From Callorhinchus milii (Eukaryota): 64,000 nt of DNA. Within the stretch, counting starts at the first letter, position 1. Every line of letters starts with the position of its first letter. Under the pieces are notes generated by a model. That model did not search any database, was not told the DNA's origin, and was given only the letters and a program-made list of their open reading frames with translations. This document shows positions 25,364 through 39,800 of this stretch, piece after piece. Both the position numbers and the translations under genes were made by a program. The DNA lies in the NCBI RefSeq assembly GCF_018977255.1, contig NW_024704745.1, positions 28,210,001 through 28,274,000 on the forward strand, read 5' to 3'.

Positions 25364-25860
25364 CACCTCATTTATCTGCTAGGAACCTTACAGCCCTCTG
25401 ACCACAGTATTGATTTCAACAACTTCAGACCATAACAGCTCACCTTCCCCCCCCACCCCTTCTGTGACCATTACCACATATCTTGGTCCCAGACACACCT
25501 TTTCACTCTCTGGTTTGTCTATTTTGCTGGAATCTTTCCCCCCACCCACTTTGTTCAGCGATATTAACATCTCTATTCCCTTGCTTTGTTGCAATCACCA
25601 CCACCCCCTTTGTTTTGCTTCATTAACACCTCTTTAACTTCTTTAACCCCTCTACCCCATTTTCTCCTTTGCCCTGCCTCTCCCCTCTCTGTTCGCCCTT
25701 AAAAGCCTCTCCTTCCCAACATACCCCAGTTCTGATGAAGGGTCGTGGGCCCGAAACGTTGACTCACTTTCCTTTCTCCATAGATGCTGCCTGTCCTGTT
25801 GAGTGTTCCCAGTGACTTCTCTCTTTGTTTCAGATTTCCGGCATCTGCAGTATTTTGCGT
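25364..25860 (+). mobile_element. 5'-truncated Penelope-like element (GIY-YIG C-terminus plus pLTR)
   Basis: Encodes HLIYLLGTLQPSDHSIDFNNFRP-stop, typical of the end of a PLE ORF. Followed by a pLTR with a hammerhead motif. Flanked by the 12-bp direct repeat TTCACTTTACAG (25352-25363, 25861-25872). Confidence 0.82.
25728..25764 (+). ncRNA. Minimal type-I hammerhead ribozyme motif (Penelope pLTR)
   Basis: AGTT-CTGATGA-A-GGGTC/GTG/GGCCC-GAAACGTT-GACT: conserved core boxes, stem II, palindromic ACGT stem III, stem I. Confidence 0.72.
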
Positions 25861-26769
25861 TTCACTTTACAGTATATTCTGTGAAGAGCTTTGAGATGTC
25901 TCAAAGACATGATAAGGTGCTATATCAAATGCAAGGATTATTATTATATTATTACATTTTGCAGATTGATCAGCAATGTATACCTGAAGCCTCCTATGTA
26001 ATCCTTTTTATAGGAAGACATTCAAATTTATTTCTCAGTCCAATTCAGGTGGGTCAATTCACATTTATTTAGAATAAAGTCCAACCTTTTGTAAAATTCA
26101 AATGCGATTGTCTCTTTAAAGAAATGGCCCCATACAAGCACAAAATAAGAGTAATTTTCTGTTGTATTCTTGCAATACGTATACAATATCATTCTTGAAG
26201 TTGGACTAATAGTTTGCATATCTCCAGGGCTTACTTGCTGCTGAGCAGGTACAAGCCAATACAAAGCAATACTGGCAGCAGAAATTATTCTGGGTCTCTG
26301 CCTGGTTCTGAGTCTCCACCTGAGTTATTTTCTACTGAGCTGGATGACCTATTTATTTCATAATGTAAATTTACCATGGGTAGGAATTGGAGATTTCATG
26401 CCTCAGGTCATGTTGAATGTAAGGTAACCAGACACATTGAGCCCAGTATAGTGAATCTGGCCAGACGGTTTTGCTCACAATCAGATGAAATCTTGCTTTT
26501 GATTGAGGCAAAATATACGCCTGGATTCCTGTGCCACTGTGGACAAGTCTTTGGTCCTTTTTTGGTTCTCCCTGCAAATAAAATTCATTTTAAATCACAA
26601 TCACAGAATCTTACAACGCAGAAATATACTGTTCGGACGGACCAAAGCCTCCAAAAATATCTATAAGGTGGCCATTGTTAGCCTTAATGCATATAAAAAG
26701 GTACCACAGGATGATGGAGTGACACAGTGCCACAGTGGGTTAACCCTGTCCTTTCACTTCTAGAATTTC

Positions 26770-27450
26770 TAGGCAGAGCTTCGGTTGGCACACTCTTGCC
26801 TCATAGTCAGAACATTGTGGGTTCAAGTGCCACATCGGCACTTTAGATTCACAATCCAGGCTGACAATCCAGTCCAGTACTAAGAGAGTGTTTAATTGCC
26901 AGTGATCTCATAGTTTGGGTAAGACATTAAACCTAGCTCTATCTGTCTGTTCAGGTGGAAGTTAAAAATCCCATAGCACAATAGCAGAAAGAGAAGGAGT
27001 GCCCTGGCCAACCTATAAAATCAATCATTTACTTCATGGAGTGGATGAGCCCAAATTTCTTGCAGTTGAATGTCGGCAATTCTGGAACTCTCTCCCTCAA
27101 TTCCTCTGACTTGCTCCCTCCCCACTTTCAAATCCCACCTAAAGACTTTCCTTTTTGATCGTGCTTATGGTCACCTCCCATCTCCCTCTCCCTGGCTCGG
27201 GGTCACACTCGGCCAATGTCAAGCGCTCCAGGACACTATCCCACATGAAAGGTGCTATATAAATCAAAGTTTTGTTGTTTATGGCAGAAGATTTATACAC
27301 AGCACAGAGCTGTGTGTAAATTGACTGCCTCATTCGCCTACAAATACACTGTCACTACACTCTATAGTATTTCCCTTGAAGCACTTTTGAGAAGTCGAAA
27401 AAAATGAGATGCTATTTTAAATGTGAGGATTATTATTGTTTTTATCATTA
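26770..27450 (+). mobile_element. Older Deu-SINE interrupted by an L2 3' fragment (~27045-27278)
   Basis: tRNA head (GGGTTCAAGTGCC) and core, then an L2 end, then the SINE tail resumes. Confidence 0.7.
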
Positions 27451-27659
27451 GCTCCTGAGTTTAAACCAGGCTAATAGTGTAATCATTTTTTTCAACTGCA
27501 AGAATCATTTTCAACCATGTTTCTATTTGGTGCAAAATTGCCCATTGGCTGTTAAAACTTATTAAACTTAATACTAATTACAATTGTAATTTAATACTAA
27601 ATTGTTTACTTCATTCAGAAAGGTCATAAGATTGTACCAAATAGTATGAGACAGTGGCA

Positions 27660-27707
27660 CAGTAAAGTAAAGTAAAGTGAAATAAAATTAAGTAAAGTAA
27701 AGTAAAG
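27660..27707. repeat. (AGTAA)n microsatellite
   Basis: Direct observation. Confidence 0.85.
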
Positions 27708-28034
27708 TTCTTCTGAGGTTAGAATTGAGACACATTATTGAGACATTATTGAGATAGAAGAGATATGCTCTGAATATCACCCAAACTAAGATGTTCTGTG
27801 AATTGTTTGATGCTGACACAACATGTAAAGATGCTTCTTTCTCCAGAACTTAATTGAGCACAAACATATATCAAAATGATAGCTTTCTAAAATGCAGTGC
27901 AGATATTTGGAAAATGGTGAGAAAAGAGTGGTCCTTCAGGAAGGCCAATGGCACCTGGGAATAAAAACAGAAGATGAGAAGCAAGAAGTATATACTATAT
28001 ACTGTCTATATGGAGATTTTTTAATATTCATATG

Positions 28035-28430
28035 AAAAGAACTTACATTTGTAGTGCCTTATCTATAAACAATCTGAAAATGCTAATTATTGCCTTGTGC
28101 AGTGACTGTTTTTTGTAGAAAAATGCATCAGCCAATTTGCACACAGTAAATCACACAAACAGCCAATTAATTTGGAGGATTGTATAGCTAGGACACCAGG
28201 GGAATCTCTTCTTTTTCAAATGTTGTCATGCGATCATTAACATCCACCTGAACTGTCAGATGAGTCTTTGTTTTAACATTTCATTCAGAGGACAACACCT
28301 CCAACAATACACTATTCCCTTGTTCTTGAACTGGCATGTTAGCATAGACCCTGAATTTATGTCCTAACATGGAGCTTGAACTAATAACCTTACACTGCAG
28401 GTTATCAGTTCAAGTGAGCAAAGCTGACAT
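28035..28430 (-). mobile_element. Older Deu-SINE copy
   Basis: Reverse-complement core taacatccacctgaac and remnant tRNA head. Confidence 0.65.
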
Positions 28431-30289
28431 GTTGGGACAAACAGAGAGAAGAGATAGTAGAAAATAATAGCAGCAAGTGGAGCATAAGGCCATGGCACGA
28501 GAACAACTTAGAAGTAGAAATATTGTGGGAATTTTATGGGAAAAAACAGTATGGGACTAAAATAACTTAAAGCGACAATATAAAGGAAACATGGATAAAC
28601 ACAATGACATAGCCCACATATTCTAGTGAAAATATGTCATACAACCAAAAAGATTTTAAAATGAGGGTGCAAACTTACTGTATAAATCATTACCCTAATG
28701 GGTGAAGGAATCTTCAATTGCTTGTGATTTATTGAACATTGTATTATAAATTTATCAATGAACTTAGCAGCAACGTTTACTGTAATATGCATTGGGTCAA
28801 AGAACGTCTGGTGCCAAACATGAGATATTTCCCATAAATCTTCAATAATCCAATCTCATTTACTAATGATTGAAGTCCCAATGATCAACCCTCACAGATC
28901 CTACATGCATTGATGGCGAGTGATACATAGACATTGAAATGATGCAGTTACACTGAGACTGATTGATATACTGATACTCTCTGGTAAAATATGAGGGAAT
29001 TCAGGTGAATTATGACCACAAGAACCATTTATCATATAATTTTAACTACTCGATTTGATCAGTACCTTGCAATCATCCATTATTCTATACATGAACCATC
29101 TGAACCAATCAATCTGGATATCCATTATTCTATAAACCATCTGAAAGCCTCAATTAGATTCCTCTCTTTTCATCACTCCCAAGTATCTATTATTCTTTAA
29201 ATAATGCATGAATATGCTATTATCTGGGGATCTACAACCAATTAGATTTTGGTATTTTCACAATGATTACTTCAGGGAAAGTATGCAGCAACTGAATGAA
29301 ATGTCCCAATCTTCCATTTCAGCCAGTTTCTGACTAATAAAAATGTTTTCTGAACAACAACAGTGTGTCCTACACCACAAATCTCATATATTTTCAAGTC
29401 TATGTCAAAAGAGATCCTAGCAAAGAATTCCAATATTGATGGAATACACAAAATGCAAAAAAAAACTGAACATAATCCAGGTACTTTGTATATTATATTA
29501 TACAAAAGAGACATATTTACTACAACAAGAAGAAAATTACATTTCTACAGCATCTTTCACATTGGGAGGACGTCCCAAGGTGCTTTAAGGCAGTAAGTCA
29601 ATTTGAAGAGTGTAGATATTAAACATAACTCATTACCTAAAACCATGACCTGGGCTACTGTTCTGCAATTCACTTATCCATTATCCTTTCAGTAACTTGT
29701 TTGTTTGTGAAACATTGAGAGGCTGCCTCCTGTGAAGGGGTTGCTTCTGACAGTTGGCTCCTGACAGTTGCTTGTGTAATGTGCAACAATGACTTTCAGT
29801 GATTCTAAGGGCCATGTTCAATTAATTGTTTAATCTGTAAACATCTCCATGGGAAATAGTAAGTGCAGATGGCACATTGATTCTCCCTATCATTTACCCT
29901 GTCTGTTTGATTCCACACCCCTCCTCTCCACCCCATACCCTATTGAGTTTGCAGCATTTTGCCTGGGCAGAAAAGGGCTGTGTTACATCTCAGTACGTTT
30001 GTGTAATCTACATTCTCCCCAATTCTGTGAATGATACTCTTTAAAGGGTTACTGGCAATGAGATGTGGCAAACCAGGATCGTTACAGGCTGCATGATCAC
30101 ACAGCAGCAGGAGGAGCTTCCTTACTTTCGGCCAGAAAGTGTGGATCAACAAGGCACCATGATTGGATATTTGGAGCAGCCCAGATATAAATGGGGACAA
30201 TGCAGTTTTAGCTTAATTTTAATTTAAAAGCCAGATGTTTGGGCCATAAATAGTGAGCAAAAACACTTTTTTTAAAAATCAGTAGCAGA

Positions 30290-30530
30290 TTATAAAGGGA
30301 GTTTAGAACATCTTCTTTATGCAGAGGGTAGTGAGAATGTAGAATTCACTGTCGGAAGCTGAAGTTGAAGCAGAAAGATCAACATATTTAAGAGAACATG
30401 AAGTAGAAGGGAATAGAGGAGATGAAGAGGGTTGGAGGCTCCTTTGCAGAATAAACACTGGCATGGACAAGTTGGCTGAATTGCCTGTTTGCACGGTATA
30501 ATATTCTAAGCAATTCTATTTAATTCTATG
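30290..30530 (+). mobile_element. CR1 LINE 3' end
   Basis: FFMQRVVRM.NSL coding remnant, ttggctgaattgcctgtt stem and (attct) tail. Confidence 0.7.
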
Positions 30531-33384
30531 TGTATTTGACGATTGGATTTATATTTAGAGGTTTTCTGAACAAGCAAGAGACCCTCATAATTGAAAAAAA
30601 TGCAAAAACAATGGTTTGAGAGCCAATATCTAAAAGTGCTCACATCTTAGCACTATTCTTGAATTGTAATTTGTAAAGACCCCAAAGGAATTTTTCCAGT
30701 GAGATTCTGTTTGCCTTAGTTTGGCAACTTAGATCTGGCTCTGTATATTTGTAATCATGATATAAATATGTGTGATTCTCCCACAGAAAGGATAATTACT
30801 TTAAAGTGAATAAGAATAACAATTATTTTATCTTTTTAATTAGGTGCCAATTGTGCCTTTTTTAGTGTTGAAGAAGCAAAGCTGGGCTTCCATTTTATAT
30901 TAGCTATTAGTACTGATGCCTGTCTGGCTGTCAGCAATAACTAGAGCCTGCACTCAAGCAAACATGTTGTGTTCAATCTCAAGTAGCAGTACAGCCATTT
31001 CAATTGTTGCTTACACATTTTTGTGCTTTCAATTTCTGACTGCTGCTGAGTAGCTGCGATCAGTTTCAGAGGTGAACACCATGCGGGAATGCTCATCCAA
31101 CCCCAAGAATGTATGTTCCTTCCTCTTCCCCTTACCATGATTTATGCGTCTCAAACTGATTTTTGACAAACATAAAATGCACCAATAATTTAAAGACTTT
31201 TTTTTAAAAAAAATCTTCCTCATCATTAATTAATTTTATCCTCTTTAAATTCCTTCACAGTGGCATCCTTTGAATGAAACGTGCTTGCTCTGAAGACTGC
31301 TAATGTAGCTTAGAAGCCAGCCACTAACAAGTCTTTAAGCTCCCCTCCTGCTGGGAAGCATTCAGTATCTGCTCAGCACTAAGTTTGTGAACCCATTGTG
31401 CAGGAATTCTGGTCTAAAGCCTGTTTGTCTCTTATTGTTCAGTGACAGAATTCATCACTGAACCAACATACTGGACCACAACAATGTACTCTAAAATGCA
31501 GTCTTACATGGCCCATATGTGTTTATTATTTACATGTTGGGTCCCCACAGAGATTTTTTTTAACAAACTAAGCGTGGGTGGCAGCTTCCAAGATGCAGTA
31601 TATTTTTTTACTAGTGTCCTCTCAAATGCAAATAGGCACAATACCTGCACAACATCCAAAACCCAAATTAAAAAAATACATTCCAAATGAAGGCTGAATT
31701 TATAAATTGTCCAAAATTCTACCGAATCTTCCAATTTTACAATAATGGTCTTAAGGCTAAGACATTGAAATGTTTGGGATCAGAACCATTCAGCCTCAGT
31801 TCCTGGCCTTGGATACTGTTATTTAGATAGCTGGCCATCAGGAAAACCAAGAACATATAGGTTACAGAACGAATTATGTTAAAGTGTTAGCATTTCTACT
31901 GAGTGTTGTTCCAAGTGTAGCAGAAAACACAACCCAAAGACTAGATATAGTTATAAAAGCATGTAAGATTTTTTTAAACTGACAAGATCAACAGCCTGCT
32001 GAAAAGAAATCCATGGGATATTTATTAAAAACCCAAACCATCTAGGTCCCAGAACAACTGGCTGCAAATAAATTAAATAACCATAGACTCTGAACTCTCA
32101 GACTGATCCTTTGTTTCGCCTCAGCCTTCCATTCAGTTATTATCCTGTTTGTGTCAGGAATCATATCTCAACTGAACAAAGCATGTGAATCTTGTACAAT
32201 TCTGTTTAAGTAAATTATATAAATATACATATAATAATATATATATTATATATATAAGAGATGCTAAATATATTGTGCTTCCTTCAAACCTATATGATAG
32301 TCAGGTCGGTAGAGTTACTCTGATGACTGATGAATTTTGGAGCACTTATTCATATCTATCTGTGTGAAATCTCTCATGGGGTTGTGAAAGTTGAGAATAA
32401 ATGTGAATTTAATTTTTCTCATGTTCAACACCATGATGAATCTGGTTTTCTATTTGCTGTTAGCATCATTGTTCATGTGGTATTAATAGACACTTTTTAA
32501 TAGAGACTTGCACTAAATTCTGCAATTGATATTACATTTTATTATCTCATATTTCAAAGCTATATGAATATCTGGGCGAACTGGAAATTTTATCAACAAG
32601 TAACATTCTGCACTAAGCTACCAAGCGGAATGAATGATGGGCACAGCAGATAATTATCAGAATATTTTCCTAATATTCCACATTAAAAAAAAGGCAATAA
32701 TTAGACCACTTGACATGATGAAGGGGAATGACCAGATGTAAATTATTTCACGTCACATGGGAATCAACCATGGATTTTTGCCAACAGAGTGATTTTTAAT
32801 CTTTGCTTACTACTTGGTGAACATACCAAGCCCATAAAACAAAGATTTTCTTGCAGAGGGATGGAAAGGAGAGGGTGGGCCACTCCAGTCACTCTCAAAC
32901 ACCATTGGCCAGAGATTCAGAGCAGCACAGGCAGAGGATAGAGCACGTTCCCTTTCTATAGAATCATGGAGCTTTACAGCACAAGAAAACGCCCCATTTT
33001 TCCTTCCTAACTGGAAGAATGATCCACACTCTCATTTCCCTACACATTCTCCATACACGTTTGCATTTTTCTTTTTGAATATCTCCTTAATAATTATTAT
33101 GAGGTTATTTTTGGAAGGGCATTCCATGTCCCAATAATCATATATGTAAACAAAATTCACTTTGTTTTGGTAACAATCTTAAATATATGCTCTCTAGTTG
33201 GGGACTCATCAACTCCTCAGTGGAAATAGTTCATCATTATTACCTTTTGAAAACCCTCATAATTTTAAATATCCCTATCAGGTTCTCTTCCAAGCCTTCT
33301 CTGTTCCAATTAACACTCAGTGCTTCAATATTCTCACTTCTGGATCACAAGATTGTGTGTTCAAGTACTACATTAGGATATTAA

Positions 33385-33830
33385 TAATAAAAACAATAAA
33401 GAGAATCCTTGGATTTGACATAGCACCTTATCAAGTTGTTGAGACTTCTCAAAGCGCTTCATAGAAAATACTGCAAAGTGGATTGACTGTATTTTGTGGA
33501 CAAAACACAGCAACCAGTTTGCACACAGCAAGTCCTACAAACAGCAATGGAGTGAGTGACCAATTTTATTTGGGGGATTGTTGGCCAGGACACAAGGAGA
33601 AACTTCCTTCTGTTTTTGAATAGTGCCATGGCATCTTTAATATCCATCTGAACAAGCAAACGGGACCTTGGATTAATATCTCATCCAAAGGACAGCACCT
33701 CTGACCACCCCGAGCACTATATTAAAGTGTCAGTTTAGAATACATGTTTCCAAGTCCCAGTGTGGGGATTGAACCCACGACCTTCTAGCTCAGAGGCGAG
33801 AGTGCTGCCACTGAGCCAGGCTGACACATT
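33385..33830 (-). mobile_element. Older full-length Deu-SINE
   Basis: Head with GGCTCAGTGG (A box) and GGGTTCAATCCC (B box), long core and tail. Confidence 0.82.
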
Positions 33831-36800
33831 GTCTAAACGCACCATCGGGAGTAGTGCTGCATTGTTGGAGATGCTATTTTTCAATGAGATGTTAAACGAA
33901 GATCCTATCTGCTTATTCAGGACAGTATTTGAAAAGTGAAAGGCGTTCTTCAAGTGTCCTCACCAATAATGCTTATTTATCATTTATCATTTATCTCATT
34001 GCTGTTCATGGCACCTTGATGAGTGCACAATCACTACAGTGTTTGTCTGCAAAAACAATTTTTTTGCTTTTCAATACTTGTTATAAAAATGTATTTTGGG
34101 AAATTCTGTGTACCATGGGATCATTCATATGTAGGGAAGGGGAAAACAAATCAGAAATAACTTCCAAGTATTCTGGTTACAAAATGATGTGATATGCCTT
34201 TAAAGGACTTTTGGCATCAACTCACATCATGGATAAAGTTCTGACCATTCAAAAAATAAATTAGATTTAGTTGGATACCCACCACTTTAATTGCACCAAC
34301 AAAATATGAGTGACAGGAGGTAAAAAGCATCCCAAGACAAGTGCAATCCAAAATAAGATTCATTGTAGTTAATATATATGGCCTATGAAGAAAACTGGAA
34401 GTAGCTGGCACCATTTGTTTGCCAAACCAAATAATATTTTATACAATGGCAAGGAAATAATTTGCAGAATGTGTGGTGAAAAACAACACTCTGTATAAAT
34501 GTAATATTTACTCCTGCATGTTTTATATTACTTTTACATGTCCTCAAAATTAACCAAATAGTTAATGAAAATCGAAAGCAAAAATCAGCTTGGAATAAGG
34601 AATTAGGGCATTTGTTAGGAAGGGAATTCTTAGTTTGCGATATTAATGATGATGTGAGATTCAAGTTTGATATGTAATCAGCCTTGTTTCAGTGAATTTA
34701 CTGACCACTTTCCATCAACGGGAAGATGTTTCTTTGTGATATGCTTTTTTTCTGGACACGAAGGTGGAAATGATCATACGGTAGAGTTGTCAGTAACAAA
34801 ATGCATGCTTTGAAACTTCTCATTTGAAAAATGTCAGAGTAGATTTCAAGACTAAACTGTATTAGGTTCAGCTGGTGTTATACACTGGAAATGGTGGACT
34901 TTCTCGTAGAGCGATGATTTTATTCAGATTTTTTTTTCTGGCAGCAAATGTCATTGTGGACAGCGATAGATGTCAGTTACCCACAGTTGGATGACATAAC
35001 TTGAATCAAAGTGCTTTGGTAGCAAATTATTTGAACCACTGCAACATATTTTATTTCATTGCATGGCACAAGGGAATAGCACGCACTGCATATATCACAC
35101 ACATGGTATCTTATAATGTGTGCGCTTTTGATGCTGTGCACTTCACTGCATCCTGGAACATGCTATTATAGTTCACCATTGTGACAGATGGTGGTAGCCT
35201 TAAAGTCACTTGAGTGGCACAGGATGTATATAAACAGCATCATGTAAGCAAGTCTGGGTGCCAATCTCTAATGGGACTGAAATGAGTGACTTAATCTCGT
35301 CTGAATTCCCAATAACAAATTTAGTTTGATTTTTAAATCATAATTGCCTTGTTTCTTTTAAAATTTTTGTTATGAATTTGTTTATAGAAAGCCCTTCATT
35401 TTTTTTATAAGTAAAGTTCAGATTGAAACTTAATGACACAAATCCTGACACAAATCAAAGGTCAGTGTCATTTGGAATGAATACCCACAGGATGATTCTT
35501 TACCTAGTTGATCAATTTCTTGACCTTGGTGTTGAGTATTTATAATAGAATTTTTCCATTGTAAGTGCCTACCGCTAAGGTCAGTAAATTTAACAACAAG
35601 CAAAGAATTCCCTCCCTGGATTCATCCCCCCAATTTCTGGAGACTGAATGTTGATGTGGATTACACTGCACTCTAACATTTGGAATCTAGATTGAATTCA
35701 GTCTTAACTTATTTGATGAAAGTTATATTTTCTGCTGATTATAAAGGTCGTAGGTCAAATAAATCTGATCAGCAATATCACAATTGCTGGTGGCCATGAA
35801 AGCACAGTACAAAATTAACCATACGTTTGTATTGTCAAAAAGACAAAAATGCTTGGGGTTTTTGCCAATGTTACTCCAGTGCAAACAGAAAGCTACCTTC
35901 TGAGGTTATGGGTACAGTATTTTTAATATCAAAAAAAGGACTTTTTCTTGTTTCTTAATTAATTGTGTTTGCAGATGCAAAGAGGCATTTTGCCCTCACG
36001 TTTTGGTAAAAATTGATTCAGTGTTTTATCCACAGTATTCGCAGCAGGAACTACTTAATAGTAACACTGGGTGCAAAAAGTGGAAAAAATGTTTTGTTCC
36101 CCAAGAATTGACATTCTCCCTTGATGTGCAAAAAGAGAACCAAACTTTTAAAGAACAAAGAAAAAAGAAGGAAAGTAGTGCTTATCCCCTGTAGACTTCC
36201 TTACTCAACTCAGAATTGTTTGAGTGGGTTTGACTGGCAGCTCTCTGACTCATTGTTCTTTAAAGACAAACACATTTATTATAGCCAACTTTCTTTTGAC
36301 AGCAATGTTTTTTCCAAACTACCTGTCACAAGTGCAAAAAACTCTACAATATTAAACTATGTAAATATACTGTACAATGTAAAGTAGCATCTAGGTTCCT
36401 TTTTGAATTCCCAATTTGATGACTATGCAGAATATTGAAGATCCTCGTTATTGCTAAATGCATATTAGGAACCCCTCCAAAACATCACTTACACAAACAA
36501 AGGCACCACGTTACTAACTGGACAAGATGTTGCTTCTTTTTTTATTGTTTTGTAAGGATCGGTAGGATTTCATCTAAATAACTTTGTGAGGCCGATGGCA
36601 CCCATATTCTCAAAATGTGCTGTACGCTTTGGACACAGTTTTTTTCTGGTTCAAATACACTCTAAGAAGACTGTGAAGGATTTGAGCAGCTTATGATTGT
36701 TATGCCCATTCCAGCAGACTGATGGTATAATTTTCTGTGTCTGGGCATCAGATCCAGATAACAATTTTACTGAGGCTCTCATATCTCTTGACATTGCTAG

Positions 36801-39800
36801 AACTGTCTTGTAATTGACAGATGAAATCATTGATGTGAGTGTCTCATGGGCAGACTGGACATTTGAACAGCTGCCAATGAAATAAACTATGTCCACTCAG
36901 AGTTTTAGCATTACAGCTGCTTCTAGGTCTCATTTGTTGGAACTCAACTGACCTACCATGGGAAGGCATATCAATGGGCTGATGCACAAGAACAATAGAA
37001 TAATTGGGGAAACCAACTGATATGAGGTAGTAGCTTATTGGATGGCTGAAGGTTCAAGCCTGAAATGTTGCAAGCCAACAAATCCTAATGTTGAAATCAT
37101 ATCAATTAAACCACTATCTGGGTTTATGCAACATGCATTATAATATGAGAACAACCACATATTGTAGTATCAAGGTCACATACTTATATTAAAATGCAAA
37201 TATTCAATAAGTTTTCTTGGCAATTTTTGGAAAACAAAATATCCTTTTATATGGATTTATGGCTAACCTTTACTGTGAATGAAATTAGTGAAAGTTTTGA
37301 TTTTTTAAAAATCCAATATCAGATCAGCATAATATTATTGGTTGATTATCCTCACCTTGACAAAAGATCAAAGTGCTTGAACCCTGAATGTGCTGGGTTT
37401 CCATCACAGTTATTTAACACCTGGGTTTTCAAGCACACAACTTGGGCAGAAATTAATTTATGCAAATTTAGATTGATGAAAACTGCAAAATAGAATTAGA
37501 GGTTCTACTTCCTGACAAAAATATTAATTTGTTTTTTGTTAGTTTCTGTGCAATAATGTTCCCATGAGCATCAGCAAATTCTGTAAATGTTTCCAAAACT
37601 GATATCAGTTGGACTGCCACAAATCAACCAAGAGTAAATAGATTCATGAAGTATTGCATTGTATCATTCTGATTTTTAACAATAATGTCCATTTTTTTAA
37701 ATCTCCTTTTTTTGACATTGTAAAATATAGACGAATAGACCAGGAAACAACAGAGATTCTGCCCATTTAATAAAGATTTTTTTGGAATGCACAATGTTAG
37801 TGGCAGATTAATTGAAGTGCCTTTGATTGTCAGTATGGTTCATTAACTATGTACTGAATGATTATAATTACTCTGAACGTATATTTAATAAATTCAGACT
37901 GCTGACAGTTTTTAAACAACTTCCAATACTCACTCTTAACCTATTTACCAGAGCCACTGGTGCAGCAGGTACTTTGCATAGGTACATTAAATAAATGACA
38001 TTCAAGCTCACAGGTTAATTTTGTCCAGAGTGAAATATGTTTATATGTAGATTCACATGAGTGCCATCATTCTGATCATTTGATTTTCGAAATGAAATGT
38101 TATGTTTCTGAAATTTGCCCTCTCTTACTCTGTGCCTTAAATTCTTCTCTCGTCTTCTTTCTGTTTATTGCTCTCTCTCTTCTCTCTCTTTTTCTCTAGC
38201 TTCTCATTCTTGTACGTACTGCCTTTCTCATGCATTTGCTTCCTCTCTCTTTTAATTATGTTGAAGGTCAGCGTCTGTTTTATTTCTTTAACTACAAATC
38301 CTTGCTGGACAATTTATTTTAACACAAAACAGTTTTGTCTAATGATTATTAATCTCATAATTATTCATGTCATGCCAAGAATAATCCTGTTAATTATTAC
38401 AATACATCTTACTTCTCAGTGCTTTCAATTTTCATTTAGGTCCTTCTCATAGAAGTTCATTATCAAGTTCAAATTGCTTCTTTGAGCTATGGAGTTCAAA
38501 TATAGTACCATTTGGTTTTACATTAAGAGAAAACATATTTTTAATCTTAAAAAAATTATATCCAGTAGATGGGTGACAATATAATTTTCATGCTGAAAAC
38601 ACTCAAATTTATCCAATATTTAGATGCATATTATGCTTATGGATAGCTGTGCTGTCTTGCTTTGTTTTGAGGAAGCCTGGTCGATTCTGTTCTTTCTGAA
38701 TTACGTAAGCTGCTAGTTCTTCTGCATGTATTTCTGGGTGAACTGAACAAATAGGTGAGAGTGATTTTGTTTTAGTTGTAAATGGGTCAGTGGATTCAGT
38801 ATAGCTAGGAGCAGCTTGTGCTCTTGTAAGTGGTGTTGAGTGGTGACAGAACACTTATAATGTGTTTTTAGAAATAATGAAATGGTGAAAGTATGGCATA
38901 TATTTCAAGGTAGCTTGCTTTAGAAAATTACAGTATTTCATTTCCAAATTAAATGCCTCTGAAACTTTTAATTGTAATTTTCTCTGCTTCTAATAAAATA
39001 TGCAAACTTGTGCTTTATTTATGTGTATTTGACTATCTATGGGCTTGCATATTTAAATTATAGATTGTACATACCTATATAGAATTTTTGAAATGAAGAT
39101 CAAAACTGTCAGTTTCACCTGGCATTTCTCTAACCAGTTATGATGCAACAGTCATGAAAAAATAAATCATAAATTTAATTTAAAGAGCAATTTACAGCTA
39201 ATCTTTGGAGCAATTCTACTGTGAATAATACAGTGATTTAGATGCATGGTCAGTTAATCCAACAACTAATTGATGGCAACTGCTAGAATTTTTTTTTTCA
39301 TTTTTGATCTTGAAAGACTCGAAGGAAAAAATGTCAACAAATTATCCGTGCTATGAACTGTGGCCTTTATCTTTAGTGAGCTGTAGTGTTTTGCTTAGTA
39401 TATGATAACAAATAAGTGGAGAACATTGCATTGACACCACGATGAATCATTTTAGATCAGGCTTTATTCTTTAATATGTTGGGTGATAAATCTGTCTTTG
39501 TAATTATTCTTTTAACCGTGTAGCAATAATGGAGGATCATGCAGGATCTGCATATCTTACCTGGATCCCACTCTTACAAAGGCTGCTTTCATCTGCCTTA
39601 CAAATCTGAATATACAAAGTCAGGCAAACGATTTTAATTTGTAAGAACTGATGCTATCTAACTTGAGAGTTCCTGAGTCTATATAGCAGTGTAAGATTTC
39701 ACCTGTGGTGTAAGCATTCTGAGTAATTTTCACTAAAGAGGATCCCTTGTATAACATTATATTGGAAATTTGAGCTTCAGAGCCCAACATTACCTAATAT

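Larger units (their letters stand above)
25120..25952 (+). mobile_element. Deu-SINE interrupted by a Penelope insertion
   Basis: B box GGGTTCGATTTC and core up to 25363. The SINE resumes at 25861 and runs to the (TTA)n tail. Confidence 0.85.

Noticed and set aside
37023-37033. TGAGGTAGTAG matching the 5' end of let-7
   Set aside because: The match is only 11 nt, the 3' part diverges and there is no complementary star arm.
37040-37072. Hammerhead-like ...AGGTTCAAGCCTGAAATGTT
   Set aside because: The CTGANGA core box is missing and no Penelope context was recognised.
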